Source: a virus
Direction: 5' to 3' (one strand)
Virus record (IMG/VR): IMGVR_UViG_3300044991_002272
Length of the DNA stretch: 64,000 nucleotides
A model generated the notes under the pieces. That model was given only the letters and a program-made list of their open reading frames with translations. It was not told where the DNA came from and did no database searches. The position numbers and the translations under genes are program-made. This document shows positions 46,001-55,605 of the stretch, piece by piece. Numbering within the stretch: position 1 is the first letter of the stretch; the number at the start of each line of letters is the position of its first letter.

Positions 46001-46501
46001 CTAGACCAATTGGCGAATATCCAGTTGATCGGGCAGCTTGCCCAGCTCTTTCACAAAAAACACACATAAGGGATTACTGCCTTGGGTCAATGGAAAGGCC
46101 AGTATGTGTCCATTCTTCAATCTGGGAAAATACCACTTGACATCACTGAACACATTGAGAATTTCAATGTTACAGAAATCAGGCATATAGCCTTTTATGG
46201 GATTGATACAAAAGGCATCAAAATCCTTGTCGTTTAGGTCCACTAGCTTCATGATTTCCAAATCACCAGCGTGTTTGTCTCCCACAACAATGCTCCAATC
46301 CAAGGGCATTTGTATGTTGTAAGGTCCAATTTTGATATCTGCACAAGGGCTATGGAAAATATCTAAGAAGATCAATGGGTACCAATAGTAGTCAATGTTG
46401 TGGCTATCACTGTAGTCAAGAACGCAATAGCGCAAATCATCCACTTTTTCAGGAAGTTGATTCAAGTCATACGCTGTATTTTCTGTGGTCAAAATGCGCA
46501 A
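46001..46501 (-). CDS. hypothetical protein
   Basis: 166 aa; TTAAATA at 46534-46528. Confidence 0.7.
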   Translation of the reverse strand: MRILTTENTAYDLNQLPEKVDDLRYCVLDYSDSHNIDYYWYPLIFLDIFHSPCADIKIGPYNIQMPLDWSIVVGDKHAGDLEIMKLVDLNDKDFDAFCINPIKGYMPDFCNIEILNVFSDVKWYFPRLKNGHILAFPLTQGSNPLCVFFVKELGKLPDQLDIRQLV

Positions 46502-46546
46502 AGGAGTTTCCTAATGTGATGATCACTTATTTAAATTGAAATCACA

Positions 46547-48004
46547 CTAGTAACGGATTTTTTTCACCTCAAAAGGGTATTCACTTGTTTTGTAAAACTG
46601 TTTGCGTTTGTTAAGATGGCTGTTACTGAACTTCATCTTGCTGCTGATGTCATAAATTTGAACACTGCTCTTGTCATCTGCCATTCGTAATCCACGCCCA
46701 ATGCTTTGAATAGTTCTTACAAAACTTTTGCCTGCTTCAACCAATACTAGATTGAAGATTCTGTTGATTGAAATACCTGTTGACGTGGTGCCATATGTGG
46801 CTACCATTATTTTATTATCGCTGAAATTGATCTCTTTGTAATGCTCTCTACGATCTTTGGCACTCATTTCTCCTGAGATGAATACTGCTCCACTTAGTTG
46901 ATTATAGAGTTTTTGTCCAGTTTCAATACGGTCAACAAGAACAAGTGTGTTTCCTGACTCAGCTATTGTCTCGATAGTTTGTGCCATCCATTGCAGCCTC
47001 TGATCATTTGTGACCAAAAACTTCAACTCTTCCTGGTAGTTTCCATATTGGAATGTTTCTTGTGTTTGTAAGCATGTTACATCACACTGTGCCAGCACTC
47101 CTTTGTCTTGCAGTTCTTTGGCAGTAAGGCTTCCAATTTGCGGCCCAATAGCAGTAAACAAACCCACTTGTTTGTATTCTTCCTCAGGAACGGTGCCAGT
47201 CAGTCCCCAACGAATGGGAATGTTTTTGAACACGCTTGTGAGTAATTGATGTAACACATTTAAATCTTTTACTCCATGGCACTCATCACAAATCACACAC
47301 ACCAAATCTTTCAAAAATGTCTCTAACTGATCTCCATCAAGAGAGTCTTTGTTCTTTTTGTCTAGAACATTCAAGCTCTGCCATGTGCAGATAGTGTGTT
47401 TGCAGGTGTACTCTTTTCGATCACCAAACAATACCCCTACATCAAGACCAATATTTCGATAATCTTCTTCTGTCTGTTGCACAAGATTCTTGTTAGGAAC
47501 AATAACGATAGTTCGTCCACGCTCTTCAACAATTTTTGAAAGTGTGGCTGTTACAATAGTTTTGCCAGCTGAAGTGGGTAGTACATTGACCCCTTGTGGG
47601 TTTTGGAGACAGAGATTGATGGCGTCTACTTGATAGTCTCGCAATTGAATTGGTTGACCAGCAAATCGATGCCCTGCAGGCCAAGTCAAAGGACTTAGAA
47701 AATTCTCATCAATTGATGGAAAGCTGATGTTGTGAAATGCACGTTGATCGTCAATCTCAAACTCATAACCATGTTCTTGTAAAACAGGTAATAGTCGATC
47801 CAGAATGTTGAGATAGGTTTTGCCTCCAAGAGTACAAAAGCTGGTGCAGCCGTCCCATCGTCCCATTTTGAAAGCGGGACTATACCGAGCTGATGGCAAG
47901 AAGTATTTGACAGAATTAACCAATGCTCTCTTGACAGGTAGGTCGATCCCTGTGATTTGAATGTTTACCTCGTCTTGAATAATTATCTTTGCAACTTTGC
48001 TCAT
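46547..48004 (-). CDS. uvsW: UvsW-like SF2 helicase
   Basis: LRDYQ, PTSAGKT, DECH, LTGT, QSIGRGLR. Confidence 0.92.
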   Translation of the reverse strand: MSKVAKIIIQDEVNIQITGIDLPVKRALVNSVKYFLPSARYSPAFKMGRWDGCTSFCTLGGKTYLNILDRLLPVLQEHGYEFEIDDQRAFHNISFPSIDENFLSPLTWPAGHRFAGQPIQLRDYQVDAINLCLQNPQGVNVLPTSAGKTIVTATLSKIVEERGRTIVIVPNKNLVQQTEEDYRNIGLDVGVLFGDRKEYTCKHTICTWQSLNVLDKKNKDSLDGDQLETFLKDLVCVICDECHGVKDLNVLHQLLTSVFKNIPIRWGLTGTVPEEEYKQVGLFTAIGPQIGSLTAKELQDKGVLAQCDVTCLQTQETFQYGNYQEELKFLVTNDQRLQWMAQTIETIAESGNTLVLVDRIETGQKLYNQLSGAVFISGEMSAKDRREHYKEINFSDNKIMVATYGTTSTGISINRIFNLVLVEAGKSFVRTIQSIGRGLRMADDKSSVQIYDISSKMKFSNSHLNKRKQFYKTSEYPFEVKKIRY

Positions 48005-48081
48005 GTTTCCATCTCAGTTTCAAGTCTAGATTGTAATTTAGCATCTGACTTCAGCCAAGTTGTGGTAGTGTAAATACTCTT

Positions 48082-48732
48082 ATGCAACTTAGTGAATTGG
48101 AAATAACCAAACAATTGAAAAAGCGCGGACCTGTTCACTGGCAAGAAGTTGTGAACAAACATGGCTGGACGCTTGTTGGGTGGGGTAATGAGGCTGTAGT
48201 GGTAGGTCATCCTGAAAAACCCTATGTGCTTAGAATTTTCAGTAAGGACACGCCCTATGTGGATTGGGTCAATTTAGTTAAGTCACATCAAGAAAATCCA
48301 CATTTTCCCAAATTCAGCCGCTACGTAAGACCTATTCCAGGAACTGAAATGAATTATGTGAGAATGGAAATATTAAAATCCATTACGGAAAATCAATTGA
48401 TGAAAGATTATCTACCAGAATTAGCATATTTGTATATTCAAACAACACTGCTGGGATATCAGTTTGAATTAGACTTTGCCCCAACAGTAGGGGTTTACCT
48501 CCGAGAACTTTCAAGAGGCAGTATTTTTGACAAACAAATTCAAAACGAACTATGGGAAAAAATTGGAAAACCAGACAGCTCTTGGAAACAGGCAATAGAC
48601 TTATTGTTGACCTTACACCAAAAAAGTAAAAAGTGGCCTAGTGAGCTGGATATGCATTATGGCAACTTCATGCTACGAGGCAATATTCTTGTAATCTCTG
48701 ACCCCCTGAAGTTACCTAGTCACCGTGCATAA
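48082..48732 (+). CDS. T7 gp0.7-like protein kinase-fold protein, paralog 1
   Basis: LVGWGNEA..HPEKPYVLRIF..PKF..LDMHYGNFM..ISDP; TAAATA at 48071-48076. Confidence 0.75.
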   Translation: MQLSELEITKQLKKRGPVHWQEVVNKHGWTLVGWGNEAVVVGHPEKPYVLRIFSKDTPYVDWVNLVKSHQENPHFPKFSRYVRPIPGTEMNYVRMEILKSITENQLMKDYLPELAYLYIQTTLLGYQFELDFAPTVGVYLRELSRGSIFDKQIQNELWEKIGKPDSSWKQAIDLLLTLHQKSKKWPSELDMHYGNFMLRGNILVISDPLKLPSHRA

Positions 48733-49357
48733 CTTACACGAGCTAGAGATTACAAAAGACTTAAAAACCAAAAGCCTTAGCGAAATATTGCACAAAAATG
48801 GATGGCAATTATTGGGCACAGGCAAAGAAGCGTTTGTTGCTGAACACCCCAAAGAGTCTTATGTACTGCGCATCTGGGTCAAAGGCAGCCGGTATGAGCA
48901 CTTTGTTGAGTATTGTAGGCACAACCAACACAATACTCATGTTCCCAAATTCAGTAGATATATACGCCCTATTCCTGGGACACCTTATGTGTATGTGCGA
49001 ATGGAAAAACTATTACCTGTTAGTTTGAATAGATTAACACAAAATTATATGCCTGAGCTGCTATATTTGCACCTCTTGGCCAAAAAATATAATGTTCGTG
49101 CCCTAGTGGACCATGTTTTTGATGCAGTTGCAGATTTTATCTATGCAGAGGGAATTGATATAGAGTCAATATCTGACATAATGGGAGATCTTTGGGACAT
49201 TTGGCAAAGGATTGGTCCCCCAGATCCCAGTTGGAAACAAGTATCCCAAAATTTGATTTCGTATGCCACTCACTATGGATTAACATCCTGGGATTTACAC
49301 AATGCAAATTTTATGACCCGAGACGGCAATCTAGTAATAACTGACCCATTCTTTTAA
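48725..49357 (+). CDS. T7 gp0.7-like protein kinase-fold protein, paralog 2
   Basis: LLGTGKEA..HPKESYVLRIW..YCR..PKF..WDLHNANFM..ITDPFF. Confidence 0.78.
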   Translation: MHNLHELEITKDLKTKSLSEILHKNGWQLLGTGKEAFVAEHPKESYVLRIWVKGSRYEHFVEYCRHNQHNTHVPKFSRYIRPIPGTPYVYVRMEKLLPVSLNRLTQNYMPELLYLHLLAKKYNVRALVDHVFDAVADFIYAEGIDIESISDIMGDLWDIWQRIGPPDPSWKQVSQNLISYATHYGLTSWDLHNANFMTRDGNLVITDPFF

Positions 49358-49390
49358 AAAAATGGGGAGGATTGCTCCTCCCCATTTTTT
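49356..49390. terminator. bidirectional terminator
   Basis: AAAAAATGGGGAGGA-ttgc-TCCTCCCCATTTTTT between convergent genes. Confidence 0.9.
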
Positions 49391-49391
49391 G

Positions 49392-50117
49392 TCACACCTT
49401 ACTGCGAAGTGCAGCCAGCTTTTCGTGCAGGCTGTTGCTTTTGCCTTTGCCGTCAACTTCTGCAAGAGCAGCAGCTACAGCAGAGTCGTTGTCTGAGGCC
49501 TTGCCCAGTGCATCACTCCGAATACGGTTAGCAGCAGCGCGCTCGCGAGACTCACGAACATTTGCTGCCATAGCATCCAGTGCTGCGTCTGTACCCGACA
49601 GCCCTTTGCTGATGCCAGCCATACGTTCCCGTTCTGCTCGGCGTGCCTCAGAGACCTTGGCCTCCTGTTCCGCACGCTCTTGGTCTCGGCGAGCACGGTC
49701 CAGCTTCTGCCGGCCTTCGAGGACCAGTCGCTGGGCATTTTGTGCAGCTTGGCGAGTTTCAGTAGCCCACTCAGAGGCATCAGCAGCCTCTTCCTCAGCA
49801 TCCTTCAGCTGAGCTTGATACGAGAGTGCTTCATCAGCAGCCTTGTTGGCAGCAGTTTCGTTACCAGCGGTCAGCAGCTTTTCAGCAGCAGCCGTGTAGC
49901 GAGCTAGGTTACTTTGGATGTTGGCTAGTCGCTCAGCAGCCTGCTTGCTGTCAGTTTCAGCTCGTGCAGCAGCCGTAGCCATCTCCTGGGCCTGAGTGTC
50001 CCACTCCCGTAGCTGGGCTGAAGAAACTGCCTCAGGGTCCCATTGGGCCATCAGCTTGATTGCCCCATCGTGCAGTGAGTCCATCTTGCTTTTGAAGAAT
50101 GAAGTGAAGAAAGCCAT
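49392..50117 (-). CDS. PspA/IM30-like coiled-coil protein
   Basis: 241 aa all-helical; N-terminal amphipathic helix, DPEA hinge, C-terminal LAALRSK; TTGACA-N17-TACACT at 50180-50152. Confidence 0.65.
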   Translation of the reverse strand: MAFFTSFFKSKMDSLHDGAIKLMAQWDPEAVSSAQLREWDTQAQEMATAAARAETDSKQAAERLANIQSNLARYTAAAEKLLTAGNETAANKAADEALSYQAQLKDAEEEAADASEWATETRQAAQNAQRLVLEGRQKLDRARRDQERAEQEAKVSEARRAERERMAGISKGLSGTDAALDAMAANVRESRERAAANRIRSDALGKASDNDSAVAAALAEVDGKGKSNSLHEKLAALRSKV

Positions 50118-50190
50118 GTTTATATCCTTTCAGTGGATTGATAGCATCAGTAGTGTATTTGTAGTGTGTAGTTGTGTCAATAGTTTTATG

Positions 50191-50295
50191 GCCGGAGGTT
50201 CCTGCTAAACGGGCAAATTAACCCCTCCTTAACCCTGTTTCCAAGGTCCCAATACGGAGCCCGCCCTGGGAGTTATCAGGGCAATTTTCCCCGGC
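50191..50295 (-). ncRNA. candidate structured RNA element
   Basis: Closing stem GCCGGGG/CTCCGGC, hairpin GCCCTG/CAGGGC, hairpin ACCTTG-GAAA-CAGGGT. Confidence 0.4.
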
Positions 50296-50303
50296 TCAGT
50301 GCG

Positions 50304-50771
50304 CTATGACACAACCACAACCTCATCAAAGCCTTCGTCCTCAGTGGGTATCTCCAAGTGACTGGCCATGCCCTGGAGGATGTTCCAGGGAATATGCTTG
50401 CCTGGCCGGCTGGCGAGCCTGCGTTCCAGCTCCTTGGGCTCAGGAGTGGGAAAGAACACTGCCACCTTCCGGTAGGTGTTGGGCACAGAGGCCAGCTTAG
50501 CTGCACGGCTTTTGCTGGTCACATTGGTTTGATCCCAACAAATGTCGTTTCCATCCTTGATGGCCATGGCCAAATCAGCGTTCATGATGGAGCTAGCACG
50601 CTTCACAAAGCCCTTGAACACCTCGCTGTATGTTCGGCCTTGACGAGCTGCCTCAGCATCAATGTGCTGATCGGTGCTGATGATAGCAGTGTCTCGACCA
50701 AAGCCCTGCTGGTCAAGCCATGTGGACTTCCCGCTGCCAGGCACACCTACCAACATCCATAGAGTAGGCAT
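50304..50771 (-). CDS. AAA_33 / polynucleotide-kinase-like P-loop protein
   Basis: LVGVPGSGKST, ISTD, WDQTN, R..RPGK. Confidence 0.88.
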   Translation of the reverse strand: MPTLWMLVGVPGSGKSTWLDQQGFGRDTAIISTDQHIDAEAARQGRTYSEVFKGFVKRASSIMNADLAMAIKDGNDICWDQTNVTSKSRAAKLASVPNTYRKVAVFFPTPEPKELERRLASRPGKHIPWNILQGMASHLEIPTEDEGFDEVVVVS

Positions 50772-50772
50772 C

Positions 50773-50982
50773 TTACATCTTCCCCACGCAGTAGGGCATA
50801 TAGCGGCGGTTGGTTCCAGCCTCAGCTTCGGCACGGTTCATGCCAGCCACAGTGGCCCGTTCGAACTCGCAGCCTTTGCTCACAGTGTCCAGGCGCCTGG
50901 GCTCAAAAGAAGGATCTCCTGTGAGCATGAGAGTTACGACGAGAATGTTACCCATCTTGATTTCCTTTCTTATTCCGGCCAA
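50773..50982 (-). CDS. hypothetical small protein
   Basis: ORF; start uncertain. Confidence 0.45.
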   Translation of the reverse strand: MAGIRKEIKMGNILVVTLMLTGDPSFEPRRLDTVSKGCEFERATVAGMNRAEAEAGTNRRYMPYCVGKM

Positions 50983-51362
50983 TTGTCAGCAAGCTGGCCC
51001 ACTCGGAAACTACCGTCTTTCATTTCCAGTAGGTTGAAGCCACAGTCACTCATCTCATCCAGCACCGCAAAATAGCGCATCTGTGAGACCTTGACGGCTG
51101 GCACAGTGTTGGTTGGTTCAACGTATTCATTTGGGGTGGAACCCTCAAGATACACTCCAATACTGGTGCCCTTGAAATAGTCATCCTCGTTAGGCGGGCG
51201 CGGCCCCAACATTTGCCAGTTGCTGGAATTTTCACAATAGCTTTGAAACTCCTGCATTTCATTGCCCTCAGCATGCTTACCGTAAGCTGTTTTCAGGATT
51301 TGCGGATTGCGCTTGAGGAACTCTGCGAGATAAGTCAGCGCAGCTTGATCGGTAGGTGTCAT
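50970..51362 (-). CDS. hypothetical early protein
   Basis: AAGGAGA SD; TTGACG-N17-TAAAGT at 51412-51384. Confidence 0.7.
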   Translation of the reverse strand: MTPTDQAALTYLAEFLKRNPQILKTAYGKHAEGNEMQEFQSYCENSSNWQMLGPRPPNEDDYFKGTSIGVYLEGSTPNEYVEPTNTVPAVKVSQMRYFAVLDEMSDCGFNLLEMKDGSFRVGQLADNWPE

Positions 51363-51386
51363 GAATATTCTCCTTGTTTGCGCACT

Positions 51387-51665
51387 TTAGCGGTAACGTT
51401 GGCTTGCGTCAATCTCTTCTTGGGTGTAGCAACCGCCCATACGGTCTGGGTTGCGTTCCCAACTGCCGGCTGTGGTTGCCTCCTGCACCTGTTTGAGGTC
51501 AGTTAGGATGCGCTCCAGCTCACTGATGTTCACTCGGAGGAACTCTGACGTGACTCGCTCAGCCACCCCATCTCCGCCTGTGTAAAAGTTGATGCTGTCA
51601 AATAGCAAGCCGCGCTTGCCCAGGATGGTATTCTCAAGGTTGCGGATAACTTGGTCCAGTGTCAT
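51387..51665 (-). CDS. hypothetical protein
   Basis: 92 aa; AAGGAGA SD. Confidence 0.65.
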   Translation of the reverse strand: MTLDQVIRNLENTILGKRGLLFDSINFYTGGDGVAERVTSEFLRVNISELERILTDLKQVQEATTAGSWERNPDRMGGCYTQEEIDASQRYR

Positions 51666-51666
51666 G

Positions 51667-51840
51667 CTAAATCTCCTTGGCCATCAGTGCCATCACGCCC
51701 GTGAAGCCATACATGGCAACGCCCCCTTGTTCTTGCTCAAAGAGATGGCGCACTTCGGTGGCCAGGTCCTCCTCGCTCATCTCATGCAGCCTGTCGTCAT
51801 CGCGGAGTGTGAACTCCACAGTCACCAGCACTCGCTTCAT
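51667..51840 (-). CDS. hypothetical small acidic protein
   Basis: Start MKRVLVTVEF after GAGGAGA. Confidence 0.55.
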   Translation of the reverse strand: MKRVLVTVEFTLRDDDRLHEMSEEDLATEVRHLFEQEQGGVAMYGFTGVMALMAKEI

Positions 51841-51853
51841 TTCAATTTCTCCT

Positions 51854-52900
51854 CTAGCTTGCACGCTTGCACAGGGTTCGCTCAGCACGCTTGCGCCACG
51901 TCGTGGGCATCGCACGCTTTAGGTCAGCAGCTTTCACCACAGTTCGCAGATCAAAAAACTCAATGCGGTTCACATTTTCCAGCAGCCATGCCATGAGATC
52001 TGCAACGTCTGCCTTATTGAAATTGTAATCCCACAGCATGTCAGTGGTTTCAACAATGTTGCGAATATGGATCATACGCTCGCGCATGGTGTCGATCTTC
52101 AGGTCCAAATAATGAACTCGGCTAAGGATGGCCTGCAAGTGGTTAGCAATACGCGGGCTCTTGGGCTTGTCCCACTTGAGATTGGTAAGAAACACTACCG
52201 ACCCTTCAAATTCAAAGCTTGCGGGCACACCTTCCTTCTCCAAAATTGTGGTTTGTGTGCCCCAGTGGATGCGCCGAGTCTTCTTGCTGTCCAGTGCAGC
52301 CTTTAGGACATTCAAGCCGTCTTCGTCATACAAGATTCCATCGCAGTCATCTAGCACCAGCACGCTTCCTGCGCTGCTGTGACGATACAGCTTGCAATAC
52401 AGAGTAATGGCGCTGAGATTTCCTCGGATGATATCATACTTGGGCTCCACGCCCTGAAGCTTGCATTGCATCCCAACAGTTTCGTCCAGCACCGTCTCAA
52501 CAGTGTGGCTTTTGCCAATACCAGCAGGACCCGAGATGATCAAACCCTTGATCACACCCGTTGTGGTGGCCTCTGTCATCTCAGCCACAATCTCAAAAGT
52601 CTCTTTGAGATCCGCACCAATCTCTGCATCGGTTCGGGAGTCAGTTTCCTCAAAGCTCATAATATCAGGGTCAGCTTGCACTGCACCTTGGGCATCAATC
52701 ATCTGATAGCCGGTTGCGCTGACATAAATCCGGGCTTTACCATTCCGGGTACCTTCATGCCCACGACCATCTACAGTGATATAGGTGCCCCACTGATCAG
52801 TATTGAGATGGCCCAGCAGACGGAACACAGTTCCGTCAACGCTCACTCCCTGCCGTGTGTTTCCTTTGATCACACGCACAAAAGCGTTTTCCAGTTCCAT
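51854..52900 (-). CDS. AAA+-type P-loop ATPase
   Basis: GPAGIGKS, VLDDCD, LTN, SR; promoter TTGCAT-N17-TATACT at 52954-52926. Confidence 0.8.
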   Translation of the reverse strand: MELENAFVRVIKGNTRQGVSVDGTVFRLLGHLNTDQWGTYITVDGRGHEGTRNGKARIYVSATGYQMIDAQGAVQADPDIMSFEETDSRTDAEIGADLKETFEIVAEMTEATTTGVIKGLIISGPAGIGKSHTVETVLDETVGMQCKLQGVEPKYDIIRGNLSAITLYCKLYRHSSAGSVLVLDDCDGILYDEDGLNVLKAALDSKKTRRIHWGTQTTILEKEGVPASFEFEGSVVFLTNLKWDKPKSPRIANHLQAILSRVHYLDLKIDTMRERMIHIRNIVETTDMLWDYNFNKADVADLMAWLLENVNRIEFFDLRTVVKAADLKRAMPTTWRKRAERTLCKRAS

Positions 52901-52981
52901 TGGTAGGCTCCTTGTTTGCCTCAGCAGTATAGCAGGGAGAAAAGGCAATGCAAGAGGTTTTCCTTGCATTGCCTCAAAAAG

Positions 52982-53218
52982 TTAAGCTTCCACTTGCCAC
53001 TCAATCAAGCTGTCGTTCCGCATGCTACGCCACTGGCCCTTGTCCATATCCCACAGCACAGTAACACCGTCATTGCGCTTGCGCTCACCAGTGGCTTTGC
53101 TTTCGTAGATGAAGCGGCTCGCGTCCGTTGTGGCACGCATCTTACGCACCGTTCCATCAACCTTCTTGAAGGTCACAACAACTACATTGTTCCGCAGTGC
53201 TGTAGTAAGCTTGTCCAT
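52982..53218 (-). CDS. WYL_2/DUF2693-like SH3-barrel protein
   Basis: VVTFKKVDGTVRKMRAT..WDMDKGQWRS. Confidence 0.8.
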   Translation of the reverse strand: MDKLTTALRNNVVVVTFKKVDGTVRKMRATTDASRFIYESKATGERKRNDGVTVLWDMDKGQWRSMRNDSLIEWQVEA

Positions 53219-53579
53219 TTGCGTATGCTCCTTGTTTGCCCACGCAATATAGCTGTGTGATGCTGGCTTGTCTATGGAAAAAACCGTCTTATTTGGAGAA
53301 TTTTGGGCTTGACAGATGTCATTGGAGTCTTATGCTGGGGCATAAATGTGCAAGAGAGGGTAACAGATGTTTTACGCAGTTGCATACCTAGTGGCAGCGG
53401 TCCTGGCAGCAGTTGGAGCGGTGGCTGTGTCGGTAATGTTTGAGTTGAGTTTTTTCTGGAGCTTTGTGGTGGGAGCATCCTGTGGTATGGTTGCTGGTTT
53501 GGTTTTTGATAAGGTTTTTCCATCAAAGGCTTGACCTCGTCAAAAAATCTGCTAAATTGCAATTGTTGCACGGAGAACA

Positions 53580-53852
53580 GTGATGCTTGTAAACACCAAG
53601 GACATGACTTACTGCCGCCAACTGCGTAGGTTTGTGGTGGAGGCCAGTCAGGTGGATCGCGGGGGCCACAGCTTCTGGTATGATGGCTTGCGTTTGGTGA
53701 GCCATCGCACTGGGAGTGAGGCAGAGTTCACAATCCAGCGCCGAGTTATGCACTATGGAGAGGTGACTGCTTGGGTGATGGCACCCAGCCCTAACACCCT
53801 CCAGCATATGCCTCAGCTGGCTGGCGTTACTGTTCACGTGCTCAACACTTGA
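53580..53852 (+). CDS. hypothetical early protein
   Basis: ORF behind TTGACC..TAAATT; AAGGA SD before alternative start MTYCRQ. Confidence 0.6.
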   Translation: MMLVNTKDMTYCRQLRRFVVEASQVDRGGHSFWYDGLRLVSHRTGSEAEFTIQRRVMHYGEVTAWVMAPSPNTLQHMPQLAGVTVHVLNT

Positions 53853-53878
53853 CACACTAAACTGAAAGGACATACAAA

Positions 53879-54013
53879 ATGGCTCACGAATCTTCTGCTC
53901 AGCGTCTGCACCGGCTCCTGGTGATCCTCTCTGGGGGCGGAGCTGTTTCCGACTCTCTGCTTCGGCAGGTTGAACGGGAGGCTGCCCAGGAAGCTCAGCT
54001 GGCACGGACCTAA
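53879..54013 (+). CDS. small protein (44 aa)
   Basis: Below track cutoff: MAHESSAQRLHRLLVILSGGGAVSDSLLRQVEREAAQEAQLART; AAAGGA SD. Confidence 0.55.
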   Translation: MAHESSAQRLHRLLVILSGGGAVSDSLLRQVEREAAQEAQLART

Positions 54014-54072
54014 ACTGGATTGACAGCGTCGCAAATTCAGCTACATTGCTGGGCAAACAAGGGACTGTGAGT

Positions 54073-54792
54073 ATGGATCGTTTGGCACAGATGACTCAAA
54101 AGGTGCACAGCCTTTTTGAGCTTGCTGATCAGCTATATGGCTTGAATTTGCGGCAGACTGCGATTCGCTTTGACCTTCGAGGGATGAAGGCTGGAAAGGC
54201 CTGCTGCCGGATTTGCCAGCGCACGTTTACTCGTAAGTATTCTGTGCATTTCAACCAACAGGTTATCCAAGGGTCTGAGTTTGATGATGTGCTACAAAAT
54301 GCCACAGCACATGAGGTGGCGCACATCGTGTGTTTCATGAACCCCAGTTTGGGCCGGGATCATGACCAGGGTTGGAAGAGGGTTTGTGTAGCACTGGGAG
54401 GTAATGGCAGCATCTACCACAGCTACAAAACCACATACTCTGGCGGAAACTACCACTACACTACCTCTACTGGGCAAGAAGTGGTGATCTCGGCTCATAG
54501 ACACACAAAGGTGCAGAAGGGCCATAAGTACCGATTCAAGGCCAAAGGGTGGATTGATCGGAGTTGCAATTGGCGTAAACAAATTATTCCAGGGATTGAT
54601 GTCTCTGGAAATACAACCACCAAGATCCCTTCTCAGAAGGATGGATCTTATGCGGCTAGGATCCGGGAATGGATCCGCACACATAAGCCCCAAGGTGCGT
54701 CTCAATCTGACATTATTCAAAAGGCTGTTGCTGCTGGTATGCGACTGAGTTCTGCCCGGTCAGCAGTTTTGACCTTTTGGGATAAGGTGTAA
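54073..54792 (+). CDS. SprT-like Zn metalloprotease
   Basis: AGKA, HEVAH, DHDQGWKRVC; TTGACA-N16-TACATT upstream. Confidence 0.9.
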   Translation: MDRLAQMTQKVHSLFELADQLYGLNLRQTAIRFDLRGMKAGKACCRICQRTFTRKYSVHFNQQVIQGSEFDDVLQNATAHEVAHIVCFMNPSLGRDHDQGWKRVCVALGGNGSIYHSYKTTYSGGNYHYTTSTGQEVVISAHRHTKVQKGHKYRFKAKGWIDRSCNWRKQIIPGIDVSGNTTTKIPSQKDGSYAARIREWIRTHKPQGASQSDIIQKAVAAGMRLSSARSAVLTFWDKV

Positions 54793-55605
54793 TTACCTCT
54801 GAGGCAAAGTACAAGCTGCTTGCCGAGCCTCACTTACAGATCGAACAGGAAGTAAGAAGGGTTTAGCAGTTTTATCGCCTGGCATGGGAATTTCATATCC
54901 CACAAGAGATTCCAGTTCAACTACTGTGACCTGGAAGCTTTTGAGTTCTGTAGAGATGTTGGGTTGATTGGGAAAAAGAAAAGCCCACGCCTCGCCAGTG
55001 CGATGGCTTACAACAACCTTCCAGAGGCTGTTGGGCACTACTACTGCATTGCGGCCAATGGTTTTGGCAGTCATCACATCATAAATGTTTCCGCTGTAAA
55101 CGGTATAGGTATCATTAGTCTGTTGGGTCCATCCTCTGATACCAGTCTCTAGAGTTTTCCACGCACCACGGTTTACATTAGCCAATTGCGGGCTCATATT
55201 GCTGAGAATGAAGCTCTCACGCTCAGCAGTAACACTCCACAACATATCGGCTGAATTCACCATGTGACCAGTGTCATATCCTGATTGTCGATAGTCGCCC
55301 AATTCAGCTCGCTCACCACGAGGCAAGCTTTGGTCTGGAGAGAATGCATCACTTCTCTTTCCACACCCCATGGCCTTTTCAGGCGTAATCGTATAGACAG
55401 TCCATAATGGTATCTTTGCCCTATTGTCGTGCAATAACGCATAAGCCATGCGACAGATGGGTTGGCCAGTGGGTAAATTGGCAGTGGGAAACCCCCACGG
55501 CGCTTCTGATTGACAAGCCTCCATAGGCCTTGGCGGCGTTTGTTGAGCATAGGCATCACTAAGTGAGAATATAAGAGCTGAGATAGCAAAAAATAATTTG
55601 ATCAT
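54793..55605 (-). CDS. DNA/RNA non-specific endonuclease with signal peptide
   Basis: FSPD, SGYDTGHM, SFILSNMSPQ, NRGAWKTLE; N-terminal MIKLFFAISALIFSLSDAYA. Confidence 0.92.
   Translation of the reverse strand: MIKLFFAISALIFSLSDAYAQQTPPRPMEACQSEAPWGFPTANLPTGQPICRMAYALLHDNRAKIPLWTVYTITPEKAMGCGKRSDAFSPDQSLPRGERAELGDYRQSGYDTGHMVNSADMLWSVTAERESFILSNMSPQLANVNRGAWKTLETGIRGWTQQTNDTYTVYSGNIYDVMTAKTIGRNAVVVPNSLWKVVVSHRTGEAWAFLFPNQPNISTELKSFQVTVVELESLVGYEIPMPGDKTAKPFLLPVRSVSEARQAACTLPQR

Noticed and set aside
48001-48210. 69-aa minus-strand ORF
   Set aside because: Largely antisense to the kinase gene and its promoter; no supporting signals
50191-50295. Hammerhead ribozyme or c-di-GMP-I riboswitch
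   Set aside because: CUGAUAA is not CUGAnGA and no stem II closes before GAAA; the CCTCCGGCC match lacks the rest of the riboswitch in the right order
53272-53571. Pro/Gln-rich minus-strand ORF
   Set aside because: Low complexity, overlaps divergent promoters; not enough support to call, though a short product from MEKPYQ is possible
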